Of a stretch of DNA of 16,732 nucleotides, positions 6,978 to 15,916 are shown in pieces (within the stretch, counting starts at the first letter, position 1; every line of letters begins with the position of its first letter). The notes under the pieces were generated by a model. That model was not told the origin of the DNA and did not search any database. It saw only the letters and a program-made list of their open reading frames with translations. A program made the translations under genes and the position numbers. The stretch spans positions 1-16,732 of the forward strand of contig JAVJQW010000052.1 of NCBI GenBank assembly GCA_040218735.1, given 5' to 3'. The DNA is from Deltaproteobacteria bacterium (GTDB lineage: Bacteria > Myxococcota > Kuafuiibacteriia > Kuafuiibacteriales > Kuafuiibacteriaceae).

Positions 6978-8252
6978 ATGAAGGTCCACCTGCATCGGGT
7001 GGGTCCCGCCGTTTTGCTCGTCGTCGTCGCGCCGCGCGCGGCGAACGGGGCCGAACCGGCTCGGGATCCGATCCGTATCAACCTCGACCGCACCCGCAGC
7101 ATCGCTGCGGAGAGCGCCCCGATCATCGTCGCCGCTCGCGCACGTGCAGATATCGCCGCGAGCAACGTCGCAGGAGCCTCGGTGCTCGTGCCATTCAACC
7201 CCCAGCTCACCGGTGGAGCTGGCCCACGGGTCCGAGCGCGCGACACCTTGCTTGACGTCGACATCGCGTTGCGCCAGCGCTTTGAGATCGGAGGCCAGCG
7301 CTCAGTCCGAATCGATCGCGCTGAGGCCGACACCGAACGCTCCCGAGCGATTGCCAACGACGAGCTCAGACGCACCCTAGCCCTCGCGTCCGCGACCTTC
7401 GTCGCGGTGCTTCATGCCGAGGCGGCGTTCGACGTCCGCACCGAGAGCGCTTCCGTCGCTCGCTCGCTCCTCGCCAGTGTTCGACGCCGCCACGACGTGG
7501 GAGAGATCGGCGGTCTCGACGTCAACGTCGCGACGGTATCGCTCGCGCGGGCCAACGCCGCTCGAGAGCGCGCTGCGGCGCGACGCGCCGACGCGCTGGG
7601 ACGACTCCGCGGACTCCTCGGGTTCGATCCCTCGGCCCGCCTCGAGGTCGACGGCGCGCTGAACCGACTACCGGACTTCTCGGACGTCGCCCTCGAAGAG
7701 CACCTCGAAGCACGACCGGACTTCGAGGCGGTTCGTGCGAGCGCGCGCTCGGCCGAGGCGGAGGTGTCACTCGGTCGCGCGGAGGCCTGGCCGGACGTCG
7801 GTGTCTTCGTCCGCTACGGACGTGAAGAGAACGCCGACATCGCGACGGGGGGGCTGTCGGTGTTCGTCCCGATCTTCGACCACGGCCAAGGGCTTCGCGA
7901 ACGCGGACGGGCGCGCCTGAGCGCCGCCGAGGCGGAGCTCGACGCCAAGAAACGGATGACTCTCGCCGAGCTTGCGGGGAAGACGGAGGCCTACGCGCAC
8001 CTGCGCACCGCGGTTCGAGCCTACGAGACCGAGGCACTCCCGCACCTGTTCGAAAACCTCGAACGCGGGCGCAAAGCGTATCAGGCGGGTGCAATCCCCA
8101 TCGGCGAGTTCCTCAGCATTCAACGCGAGATGGTCGCGGCGCGTATCAGCTACGTCGACCTTCTCCTCGAGGCACGCCTCGCGGCCTTCGAGATCGAATC
8201 GATGGCAGGGCTCCTGCCGTCACGGTCACACGACCCCGGAGAACAACCATGA
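6978..8252 (+). CDS. czcC: TolC-family outer-membrane efflux protein, CzcC-like
   Basis: 424 aa with a signal-like N-terminus. Motifs PFNPQL, LRQRFEIGGQR, RPD, VPIFDHGQG and YQAGAI. Operon context fits. Confidence 0.88.
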   Translation: MKVHLHRVGPAVLLVVVAPRAANGAEPARDPIRINLDRTRSIAAESAPIIVAARARADIAASNVAGASVLVPFNPQLTGGAGPRVRARDTLLDVDIALRQRFEIGGQRSVRIDRAEADTERSRAIANDELRRTLALASATFVAVLHAEAAFDVRTESASVARSLLASVRRRHDVGEIGGLDVNVATVSLARANAARERAAARRADALGRLRGLLGFDPSARLEVDGALNRLPDFSDVALEEHLEARPDFEAVRASARSAEAEVSLGRAEAWPDVGVFVRYGREENADIATGGLSVFVPIFDHGQGLRERGRARLSAAEAELDAKKRMTLAELAGKTEAYAHLRTAVRAYETEALPHLFENLERGRKAYQAGAIPIGEFLSIQREMVAARISYVDLLLEARLAAFEIESMAGLLPSRSHDPGEQP

Positions 8253-8560
8253 AGCTCGAAACCATCACGCTCTCGATCGTCCTCGCCTTCGCTGTGGTCG
8301 GCTGCAAACAAGAGGCTGCCGCGCCGACGGCCGACTCGAACCTCCACGCGAAGAGCGACGTGACCCCCGGCTCGCACGAAGACTGGTGCGGAGAACACGC
8401 GGTGCCAGAGTCCCAGTGCACGCGGTGCAACGCGGCGCTGATCCCCGCATTCAAGGCCACCAACGACTGGTGCAAGGAACACAACCTCCCCGAGTCGCAG
8501 TGCCTTCGCTGCAACCCGGATCTGAAGATCGTCCGACCGCCCAAGGAGACATCGCGGTGA
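8249..8560 (+). CDS. Small lipoprotein with two W-C-x2-H-x2-PES-x-C-x2-C metal-binding repeats
   Basis: Lipobox VVGC. Repeats DWCGEHAVPESQCTRCN and DWCKEHNLPESQCLRCN. ATGA overlap with czcC. Confidence 0.85.
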   Translation: MKLETITLSIVLAFAVVGCKQEAAAPTADSNLHAKSDVTPGSHEDWCGEHAVPESQCTRCNAALIPAFKATNDWCKEHNLPESQCLRCNPDLKIVRPPKETSR

Positions 8561-10056
8561 TGCCGAGAGTCGAAACGTCGCTCATCGTCGTCCTGATCGC
8601 GGTCGTAGCCTGTGACGACCCCAAGGCCGCTCGGGGCTCGGAGGTCACCGCGACCGAGGAGAGCTGCGCGCACGCCTTGCCCGAAGCGGTCTGCCCGAAG
8701 TGCAACCCGGCGCTCGTCGCCGTCTACCAGGCCAAGGGTGACTGGTGCGCGAGCCACGGCTTCCCCGAGTCGTTCTGTCCGATCTGTCGCCCGGGTGCTC
8801 GACTCGAAATCGACGAAGAGCGCGGGGACTGGTGCGCCGAACACGGGCTGCCGGAGTCGAAGTGCACGCAGTGCAACGTCGACCTCATCGCCGGGTACAA
8901 GGCCGCCGGCGACTGGTGCGCAGCGCACGGCTTCCCGGAGTCGGCATGCCCGATCTGCAGTCGGCCGGCCGGCACCCCGCCACCTTCGGCGATCGAACCC
9001 GGCACGAAGATCCGCTTCAAGTCGGTCGAGATCGCCAAAGCCGCCGGCATCGCCGTCGCCAAGGCCGAAGCGTCCGCCCTCGGCGTCGGAGTCGAGTGCA
9101 CGGCGCGCCTGACGTTCGACCAGAACAAGGTCGCCGACATCCGGGCGTCGATCGCTGGGGTCGTGCAAGCCGTGCTGGTGGATCTCGGGCAGGAGGTGAA
9201 GCTCGGACAGCCGCTCTTCACGCTGGAGAGCCCCCGGGTGGGTGAGTTGCAAGGGCAGGTCCGCGCAGCACGACAACGCGTCGCGAGCGCTCGCGCCGAC
9301 TTCGGTCGCCAGGAGAAGCTCCGCGAGGACGACATCGCGTCCGCGCGACAGGTCGAGCTCGCGAGGCAAGAGCTGGAGGCCGCCGAGGCGGAGCTTCACG
9401 CGCTCAACTCGGGGCTTCGCATCGCCGGGGCCTCCAGCGACAGGAGTCGGGGGCGCTATCAACTGCGCGCGCCGAAAGCAGGCAGCGTCGTACGACGCTC
9501 CGCGACCGTCGGCACGTTCGCGACGGAGGAGACCTCTTTGGCCACCATCGCCGACACCCACGCGATCTGGGCGCTGCTCGAGGTCCGCGAGCTCGATGCG
9601 GCGGCGCTTCGCCTCGGACAGTCCGTCGTCCTGTCCGTGGACGGGCTCCCCGGTCAGACCTTCTCCGGAGCGATCACCTGGATCGCATCCGAGGTGGATC
9701 CGCGCACCCGCACCGTCGCCGCGCGCGCCGAGGTCGCCAACCCCGAAGCACGGCTCCGCGCCAACCAGTTCGCGCGAGCGACGATCGCCGTAGCCTCTCC
9801 CGAGAACGCAGTGACGGTGCCGCGTGGTTCGGTGCAGCGTGTCGGTGATGAGAACGTCGTCTTCGTACGGACCGACGAACGGACGTTCGAACCCCGGCCC
9901 GTGAAGCTCGGGCGGTCGGGCCAGGGTCGACGGCAGGTCATCGGGGACGTCGCGGCCGGTGACCTCGTCGCCACCGACGGAGCGTTCCTGCTGAAGACGG
10001 AGCTGTCCAAGGAGAGCATCGGAGCGGGGTGTTGCGAGGTCGAGGGGCCCAAGTAG
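8560..10056 (+). CDS. czcB: RND membrane-fusion protein, CzcB-like, with four N-terminal Cys/His repeats
   Basis: Start overlaps the previous stop (TGATG). Lipobox-like VVAC. MFP core motifs IRASIAGVV..V.VDLGQEVK.GQPLFTLES, LRAPKAGSVV and VDPRTRTV. C-terminal GAGCCE. Confidence 0.9.
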   Translation: MPRVETSLIVVLIAVVACDDPKAARGSEVTATEESCAHALPEAVCPKCNPALVAVYQAKGDWCASHGFPESFCPICRPGARLEIDEERGDWCAEHGLPESKCTQCNVDLIAGYKAAGDWCAAHGFPESACPICSRPAGTPPPSAIEPGTKIRFKSVEIAKAAGIAVAKAEASALGVGVECTARLTFDQNKVADIRASIAGVVQAVLVDLGQEVKLGQPLFTLESPRVGELQGQVRAARQRVASARADFGRQEKLREDDIASARQVELARQELEAAEAELHALNSGLRIAGASSDRSRGRYQLRAPKAGSVVRRSATVGTFATEETSLATIADTHAIWALLEVRELDAAALRLGQSVVLSVDGLPGQTFSGAITWIASEVDPRTRTVAARAEVANPEARLRANQFARATIAVASPENAVTVPRGSVQRVGDENVVFVRTDERTFEPRPVKLGRSGQGRRQVIGDVAAGDLVATDGAFLLKTELSKESIGAGCCEVEGPK

Positions 10057-13000
10057 ATGCTCGAGCGAATCATCGACCTCTCACTGACCCATCGCGCCGC
10101 CGTGCTCGCGGTGACGCTGATCCTCGTGATCGGCGGCGTCGCCTCGTTCGCGCGGCTGCCCTTCGACGCGTTCCCCGACACGACGCCGGTGCAGGTCCAG
10201 GTGAACACCAACGCGCCGGCGCTGGCTCCGCTCGAGGTCGAGCGGCAGATCACGTTCCCTCTCGAACAAGCCGTGAGCGGCCTGCCGGGGCTCGTCGAGG
10301 TGCGCTCCGTTTCGAAGTTCGGCTTCTCGCAGATCACCGCGATCTTCGCCGACGAGATCGACATCTATCTCGCGCGTCAGGTGCTGGCGGAGCGTCTGCA
10401 CTCGGTTGGGCTTCCGCCCGGGGTGGAGCCGCCGTCGCTCGGCCCCGTCTCGACCGGCCTCGGCGAGGTCTTTCAGTACCTCGTCGAGAGCGACGAGCTG
10501 TCCGCGATGGAGCTGAGGACACTGCACCACTGGGTGATACGCCCGCAGATGCTCCAAGTCCCGGGGCTTGCGGAGATCAACACTTGGGGCGGCTTCGAGA
10601 AGCAGTTCCACGTCATCATCGATCCCGATCGTCTCCTCAAGTACGACCTGACCCTCGACGACGTCGCCGACGCACTCCAACGCAACAACGCCAACGCAGG
10701 CGGCGGGTACGTGCAGAAAGGGGGTGAAGCGATGTTGGTGCAGGGCATCGGGCTCGCGACGAGCATCGACGAGATCGAGCAGATCATCGTCGCCGCGCAC
10801 GACGGCGTCCCCATCTTCTTGCGCGACGTGGCGGAGGTCGCGATCGGCCACGAGATCCGTCGGGGGGCCGTCACCGCCGACGGACGCGGTGAAGCGGTGC
10901 TCGGGCTCGGCTTCATGTTGATGGGTGAGAACAGCCGCGCCGTCACGAAGCGGCTCGAAGCGCGCCTCGACGAAGTTCGAGCGAGCCTCCCGGACAACGT
11001 GCGGCTCGTGCCCGTCTACTCGCGCACCGACCTGGTCGACCGGATCCTCGTCACCGTGAGGAACAACCTGCTGGAAGGGGCGCTGCTCGTCATCGCCGTC
11101 CTCTTCGTTTTCCTCGGCAACCTGCGCGCCGGCTTGATCGTCGCCGCGGCCATCCCGCTGTCGATGCTCTTTGCCTTCAGCGGCATGCTCCGGTTCGGCA
11201 TCGCGGGCAGCCTCATGAGCCTCGGCGCGATCGACTTCGGGCTGGTCGTCGACAGCTCCGTCATCATGGTGGAGAACGCCGCGCACCGCCTCGCCGAGGA
11301 CGAGACCGGGCGATCGGTTCGAGAGGTCGTCCGCGACGCGGCCGCGGAGGTGCGCAGGCCGACCCTCTTCGGAGAGCTGATCATCGCGATCGTCTACCTC
11401 CCGATCCTCGCGCTCGAAGGGATCGAGGGGAAGCTGTTCAGACCCATGGCGTTGACGGTCATCTTCGCGCTCGCCGCATCGATGGTGCTCTCCGTGACCT
11501 TGATGCCTGTGCTCGCGAGCCTCGTCCTGAAGAAGGGCCAACGGAACGAGGAGACCGCGGTCGTCACCTGGCTGAAGCGTCGCTACACACGCGCCCTCGA
11601 CGTCGTCCTTCGGAGGAAGGAAGCCGTCCTCGCGGTGGTCCTCCTGCTGCTCGGCAACGCGCTCTTCCTCGCGAGCCAGATCGGGACGGAGTTCGTCCCG
11701 CGGCTCCGCGAGATGGCGGTCGTCGTCAACACGGTCCGGCTCGCGGGGGTCTCACTCGAAGAGTCGGCTCGCTACGGTACCCAGATCGAGAGGCGGTTGC
11801 TCACAGAGTTCCCCGACGAGATTGCCCACACCTGGACTCGAACGGGCAGCGCGGAGGTGGCGACCGACCCCATGGGTCTGGAGGTCTCCGATGTCTTCAT
11901 CACGCTGACCCCTCGAGCGCGGTGGACGAAGGCCAAGACACAGGACGCGCTGGTGCTGCGGATGAACGAGGCCCTCGAAGGCCTGCCGGGGATGCGGACG
12001 ATCTTCACTCAACCGATCGAGATGCGGACGAACGAGATGATCGCCGGAATCCGTGCGGACGTCGGAATCAAGCTCTACGGCGACGACTTCGACATCCTCC
12101 GCGGGAAGGCCGCGCAGATCCGACAACGGGTGGAGGCGACCCCGGGCGCCGCTGACGTGACCGTCGAGCAACTCACGGGTCTCCCGGTCCTCCAGATCGA
12201 GGTGGATCGCCTCGCCGTCGCGCGCTACGGCGTCGCCGCTGAACACGTCTTGGAGGTCGTCGAGGCGCTCGGGACACAGAAGGTCGGAGAGGTTGTCGAC
12301 GGCCAGCGCCGCTTCGACCTCGCCGTGCGCCTCGACGACCGGTACCGGACCGACCCCGCCGCGGTCGGCCGGATCTTGGTGACGACGACGAAGGGCGAGC
12401 GGCTCCAGCTGAGCCAGCTCGCGAAGATTCGCGTCGTGGAGGGGCCGGCGACCATCAACCGCGAGTGGGCAAAGCGTCGAGTCGTCGTCCAGGCGAACGT
12501 GCGCGAGCGCGACGTCGGCTCGTTCGTGGAGGAGCTGCGCGAGACGATCCGGCGCGACGTACAGATGCCGCCCGGGTACTTCGTCCGTTACGGCGGCCAG
12601 TTCGAACACCTCGAACGCGCGCGAACGCGCCTCGTGATCGTCGTGCCGATCGCGCTCGTGTTGGTGTTTGTGTTGCTCTACTTCACCTACGGCCGGATCG
12701 GCGACACCCTCCGTGTCTTCACGGGCGTTCCGTTCGCAGCGGTGGGTGGCATCGCGGCGCTCTGGCTCCGGGACCTGCCGTTCAGCATCTCGGCTGCGGT
12801 GGGGTTCGTTGCGCTCTCGGGCGTCGCGGTCCTCGGCGACATGGTCCTCGCGGCGAGGATCCGGCAGCTCGCGGACCGAGGCATGGCACTCGGTGATGCC
12901 GTGCGCGCGGCGGCGGCTTCCCGTCTGCGGCCCGTGTTGATGACCAGCTTGGTCGCGGCGCTCGGGTTCGCACCGATGGCACTCAACACCGGCGTCGGCG

Positions 13001-13113
13001 CCGAAGTTCAGCGCCCCCTCGCAACCGTCGTCATCGGCGGCATGCTGACCGCGACGCTGGGTACGCTCTTCGTCATGCCTATTCTCTACGTGATCATCAG
13101 GCGCAGCGAATGA
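10057..13113 (+). CDS. czcA: Heavy-metal efflux RND transporter, CzcA/CusA family
   Basis: 1018 aa. Motifs DAFPDTT, GPVSTGLGEVFQY, SLGAIDFGLVVDSSVIMVEN, RLRPVLMT and GAEVQRPLATVVIGG. Confidence 0.95.
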   Translation: MLERIIDLSLTHRAAVLAVTLILVIGGVASFARLPFDAFPDTTPVQVQVNTNAPALAPLEVERQITFPLEQAVSGLPGLVEVRSVSKFGFSQITAIFADEIDIYLARQVLAERLHSVGLPPGVEPPSLGPVSTGLGEVFQYLVESDELSAMELRTLHHWVIRPQMLQVPGLAEINTWGGFEKQFHVIIDPDRLLKYDLTLDDVADALQRNNANAGGGYVQKGGEAMLVQGIGLATSIDEIEQIIVAAHDGVPIFLRDVAEVAIGHEIRRGAVTADGRGEAVLGLGFMLMGENSRAVTKRLEARLDEVRASLPDNVRLVPVYSRTDLVDRILVTVRNNLLEGALLVIAVLFVFLGNLRAGLIVAAAIPLSMLFAFSGMLRFGIAGSLMSLGAIDFGLVVDSSVIMVENAAHRLAEDETGRSVREVVRDAAAEVRRPTLFGELIIAIVYLPILALEGIEGKLFRPMALTVIFALAASMVLSVTLMPVLASLVLKKGQRNEETAVVTWLKRRYTRALDVVLRRKEAVLAVVLLLLGNALFLASQIGTEFVPRLREMAVVVNTVRLAGVSLEESARYGTQIERRLLTEFPDEIAHTWTRTGSAEVATDPMGLEVSDVFITLTPRARWTKAKTQDALVLRMNEALEGLPGMRTIFTQPIEMRTNEMIAGIRADVGIKLYGDDFDILRGKAAQIRQRVEATPGAADVTVEQLTGLPVLQIEVDRLAVARYGVAAEHVLEVVEALGTQKVGEVVDGQRRFDLAVRLDDRYRTDPAAVGRILVTTTKGERLQLSQLAKIRVVEGPATINREWAKRRVVVQANVRERDVGSFVEELRETIRRDVQMPPGYFVRYGGQFEHLERARTRLVIVVPIALVLVFVLLYFTYGRIGDTLRVFTGVPFAAVGGIAALWLRDLPFSISAAVGFVALSGVAVLGDMVLAARIRQLADRGMALGDAVRAAAASRLRPVLMTSLVAALGFAPMALNTGVGAEVQRPLATVVIGGMLTATLGTLFVMPILYVIIRRSE

Positions 13114-13622
13114 GGCGCTGGGTTCGAGTCCTGCTGGTGTTGGTGCTGGTCCAGGTGGCGCTTGTCGTCGTCTACCGACTGAAGACCTCCGACACGAACC
13201 GCCTGTCCATGACACCACTCGACGAGGCCGCGCCCGAACTCGTCTTCGAAACTTCGTCGGGGGTGCGGCACGACCTCTCCGCGGAGACCGGACCGGTCGT
13301 CGTCCACTTCTGGGCGACGTGGTGTCCGCCGTGTCTCGATGAGCTCCCGCACCTCCTCGAATTCGCTGAGCAATCGGATATTCGTGTATTGGCAGTGAGC
13401 GTCGACCCGGACTGGGAGAGCATTCGCGCGTGCCTGAACGGACAACTCCCCGCCGCCATCGTGCGGGCTCACTCACGCGATGCCGTGAGACCCTTTGGCG
13501 TTGGCACTCTGCCGGAGACGTTTGTCGTCGGGAGCGACGATACGCTACGTGCCCGCTTCGCTGGAGCGCAGGACTGGCGATCCGCCACTCTTCGGCGAAC
13601 CATTGCAAACATCGCCAAATAG
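13110..13622 (+). CDS. TlpA/ResA-like membrane-anchored thioredoxin
   Basis: N-terminal TM segment, VVVHFWATWCPPCLDELP and FGVGTLPETFVV. ATGA overlap with czcA. Confidence 0.9.
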   Translation: MRRWVRVLLVLVLVQVALVVVYRLKTSDTNRLSMTPLDEAAPELVFETSSGVRHDLSAETGPVVVHFWATWCPPCLDELPHLLEFAEQSDIRVLAVSVDPDWESIRACLNGQLPAAIVRAHSRDAVRPFGVGTLPETFVVGSDDTLRARFAGAQDWRSATLRRTIANIAK

Positions 13623-13786
13623 AGCGCGGTGAGCGACCTTTAGGTTCTTCACGGTGGTGCGAAAGGGCTGCCGGCCAGCGCTCGCACCTGAGCAGCGCGC
13701 TCACCGATCCGTCGGACGATGGGTCGTGAACGCTCGTCGCGAACGTCGGCGCGGAGCTCGTTCGCAGCTTATCGGGGCGGCCACGC

Positions 13787-13826
13787 GAACATCGCGACGG
13801 CATCGGGAACATCGAGACGGCATCGG
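13787..13826 (+). repeat. Two-copy 20-nt tandem repeat
   Basis: GAACATCGCGACGGCATCGG / GAACATCGAGACGGCATCGG, one mismatch. Confidence 0.7.
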
Positions 13827-13949
13827 ACACGTGACCAGGCTCCGCAGTTTCGTGCGTATCCCCGCGAGATCATCGTCGCCGAAGAAGACCGCAGCCAGCC
13901 GCGCAAACGCTGGTCGGGCGGGCCAACCCCGGGCCGCTCCGCGGCGCGC

Positions 13950-14491
13950 ACGCCAGATGTCGCCATCGCTGCGCTGCACGCCGAGGGATCCGCGTCGTCA
14001 TGTTGACGGGAGACAGCGCTATCACGGCGACCGCTGTCGCGAAGAAGCTCTCGATCGACAACGTCGTCGCGGACGTCCTCCCGGGACGAGAAGGGGCCGT
14101 CGTGAAGCGGCTGCAGGACGAAGGTCGCACCGGTCGCCATAGGCCGGCGAACGGCATCAACGACGCTCCGGCGTTGGCGCAGGCTCAGGTCGGCATCGCC
14201 ATGGGCACGGGTACGGACGTGGCCATGGAGAGCGCCAGCGTCACGCTCGTGAAGGGCGACCTTCGCGGCATCGTGCGCGCGCGGCGGCTGTCACGCGTGA
14301 CGATGGCGAACATCCGACAGAACCTCTTCTTCGCGTTCGTGTACAACGCGCTCGGCGTGCCCGTCGCGGCGGGCGTCCTGTATCCGTTCTTCGGCATGCT
14401 GCTCAGCCTCATGCTGGCCGCCGCGACGATGAGCTTCAGCTCGGTGTCGGTGATCGCCAACGCGCTGCGCCTCCGGCGAGCCGAGGTGTGA
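13950..14491 (+). pseudogene. copA: C-terminal remnant of a Cu(I) P1B-type ATPase (CopA-like)
   Basis: [41 protein letters not shown] and MSFSSVSV.N are present. There is no DKTGT, CPC or N-terminal part. Several indels (about 13987 and 14130-14152). Confidence 0.88.
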
Positions 14492-14565
14492 CGCGCGCGT
14501 GGCGCCGAGGGCCGCCGTGCTGCGGCACTTGCGAAACGCCGGGAGATCAGTGCGTGTGGTGAACC

Positions 14566-15300
14566 ATGAAGCGCTGGACCTTCTGCATGTTCACGGCCGC
14601 GATGGCCACGCCGACGACGGGGTGGGCACACCTCGAGGTCACTTCGCCTGCGAGCCGATACGGCGGCCGCGTCCTGAAGGAAGGCCCCTGCGGTCAGCAG
14701 AACGGAACGCGCAGCCAGAACGTCGCCACGTTCGCCGCCGGCGAGACGATCACGATCGTCTGGAACGAGTACATCGACCACCCCGGACACTATCGCATCG
14801 CGTTCGACGAGGACGGCGACGACGACTTCGTGGATCCGCCCTGTCTCTCGGGGTGCAATTCGAGGAACCCGACCGTCGAGCTGTACAGCAACGACACGGT
14901 GCTCCTCGACGGCATCGCCGACCGCAACGGAGGCAACTACGCCGTCGACGTCACGCTCCCGGACGTGGCCTGTTCGAACTGCACCCTCCAGATCATTCAG
15001 GTCATGTACGACAAGCCCCCGTACACGATCCCCGGGAACGAGATGTACTACCAGTGCATCGACCTCGTCCTGGTCCGCGCACCGACGCCGGACGGTGGAG
15101 TGGTCGATGCCGCCGTCGCGCCGGACGCCGGTGCGACGCCCGACGCGGGCGCGACGGCCGACGCCGATTCGACGCCGCCCGACGACGAGGATACGGGCTG
15201 TCGCTGCGTTCCCAGGCGCGGGGCGCGACCGGGAGTGCTCGTCGCCCTCGCGCTGGGAGGACTGTGGCTCGTTCGCCGTCGCCGTCAGGCCGGCGCCTGA
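14566..15300 (+). CDS. His-brace LPMO-like copper-binding protein (SCE4755-like) with a MYXO-CTERM-type anchor
   Basis: Signal peptide ends GWA|H, so the mature protein starts with His. Also KEGPCG, IDHPGHYRIAF, CSNCTLQIIQVM and YYQCIDL, a PDAG linker, then GCRC, a TM segment and RRRR. Confidence 0.85.
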   Translation: MKRWTFCMFTAAMATPTTGWAHLEVTSPASRYGGRVLKEGPCGQQNGTRSQNVATFAAGETITIVWNEYIDHPGHYRIAFDEDGDDDFVDPPCLSGCNSRNPTVELYSNDTVLLDGIADRNGGNYAVDVTLPDVACSNCTLQIIQVMYDKPPYTIPGNEMYYQCIDLVLVRAPTPDGGVVDAAVAPDAGATPDAGATADADSTPPDDEDTGCRCVPRRGARPGVLVALALGGLWLVRRRRQAGA

Positions 15301-15572
15301 AGCCCGAGCATCCCGAGGATCTTCATCAGGACGGCGTTGTTGCCGAGGTCCCGATTCGCGGCGAATGCGTCGTTTACTCCGTTCTGCGTCCCCGTCGGAT
15401 CCTGCTGGAGCATCCTCTTCAGCTCCCCGAGCACGTCGCGCGCCCCCGCGCGGTTCGACGGACAGCTTGGGCAGCGGCCGCACGCCTGGCAGGCACCGCT
15501 GCGGCAGCAGCCGGACGCACCGCAAGGGGACGCGGTGCTCTTGACGTTGGCAATTCGGTCGAGGTTCGGCAT
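15285..15572 (-). CDS. Small Cys-rich protein, 95 aa
   Basis: GGAGG SD (15578-15582) 5 nt before ATG 15572. CGASGCCRSGACQACGRCPSC followed by a helical tail. Confidence 0.55.
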   Translation of the reverse strand: MPNLDRIANVKSTASPCGASGCCRSGACQACGRCPSCPSNRAGARDVLGELKRMLQQDPTGTQNGVNDAFAANRDLGNNAVLMKILGMLGLQAPA

Positions 15573-15916
15573 GACGTCCTCCAAAAGCAACGTCCGTGCC
15601 CAGTCGGCGGCGCCATCCTTCTGGGCAGCGCCGCCCGGCTGAATGAGGCAGGTGCACCGGCTGCGAGGCAGAGTCGCGGCGCGGGCGTCAGGCGGACGTC
15701 GAGGTCCGGACGACGCGGGTGGGCCGATGCTCATAGCTCGGTCCGATCCCGTTGAAGCGCCTCCGGAACTGAACTGGTCATCGCCGGGCATCCTGGGCGC
15801 TGGGTCGTAGACCGCAAGTTTTCGTCACAGCCTCCATCGATGACGGGCGGTTCGCGCTTCACGCGCCAATGTTCTTGGCGGTCGTTCTCTGAAGCCGCCG
15901 TTCCTGCCTTCACTCA

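Noticed and set aside
7972-8559. 694-aa version of czcB
   Set aside because: It overlaps czcC and the lipoprotein in another frame and is Arg-rich. The coupled start at 8560 gives a signal peptide.
13787-13826. Tandem repeat or the hairpin cores as a CRISPR array
   Set aside because: Only two copies each, no spacer pattern and no cas genes.
13623-13949. ORFs between tlpA and the copA remnant (e.g. 13719-14006)
   Set aside because: Low-complexity translations with no ATPase or other family signature.
8146-15657. Long antisense ORFs (8146-9561, 10081-11541, 11752-13830, 14185-15657)
   Set aside because: These are shadow frames of well-supported genes in high-GC DNA, with no recognisable motifs.
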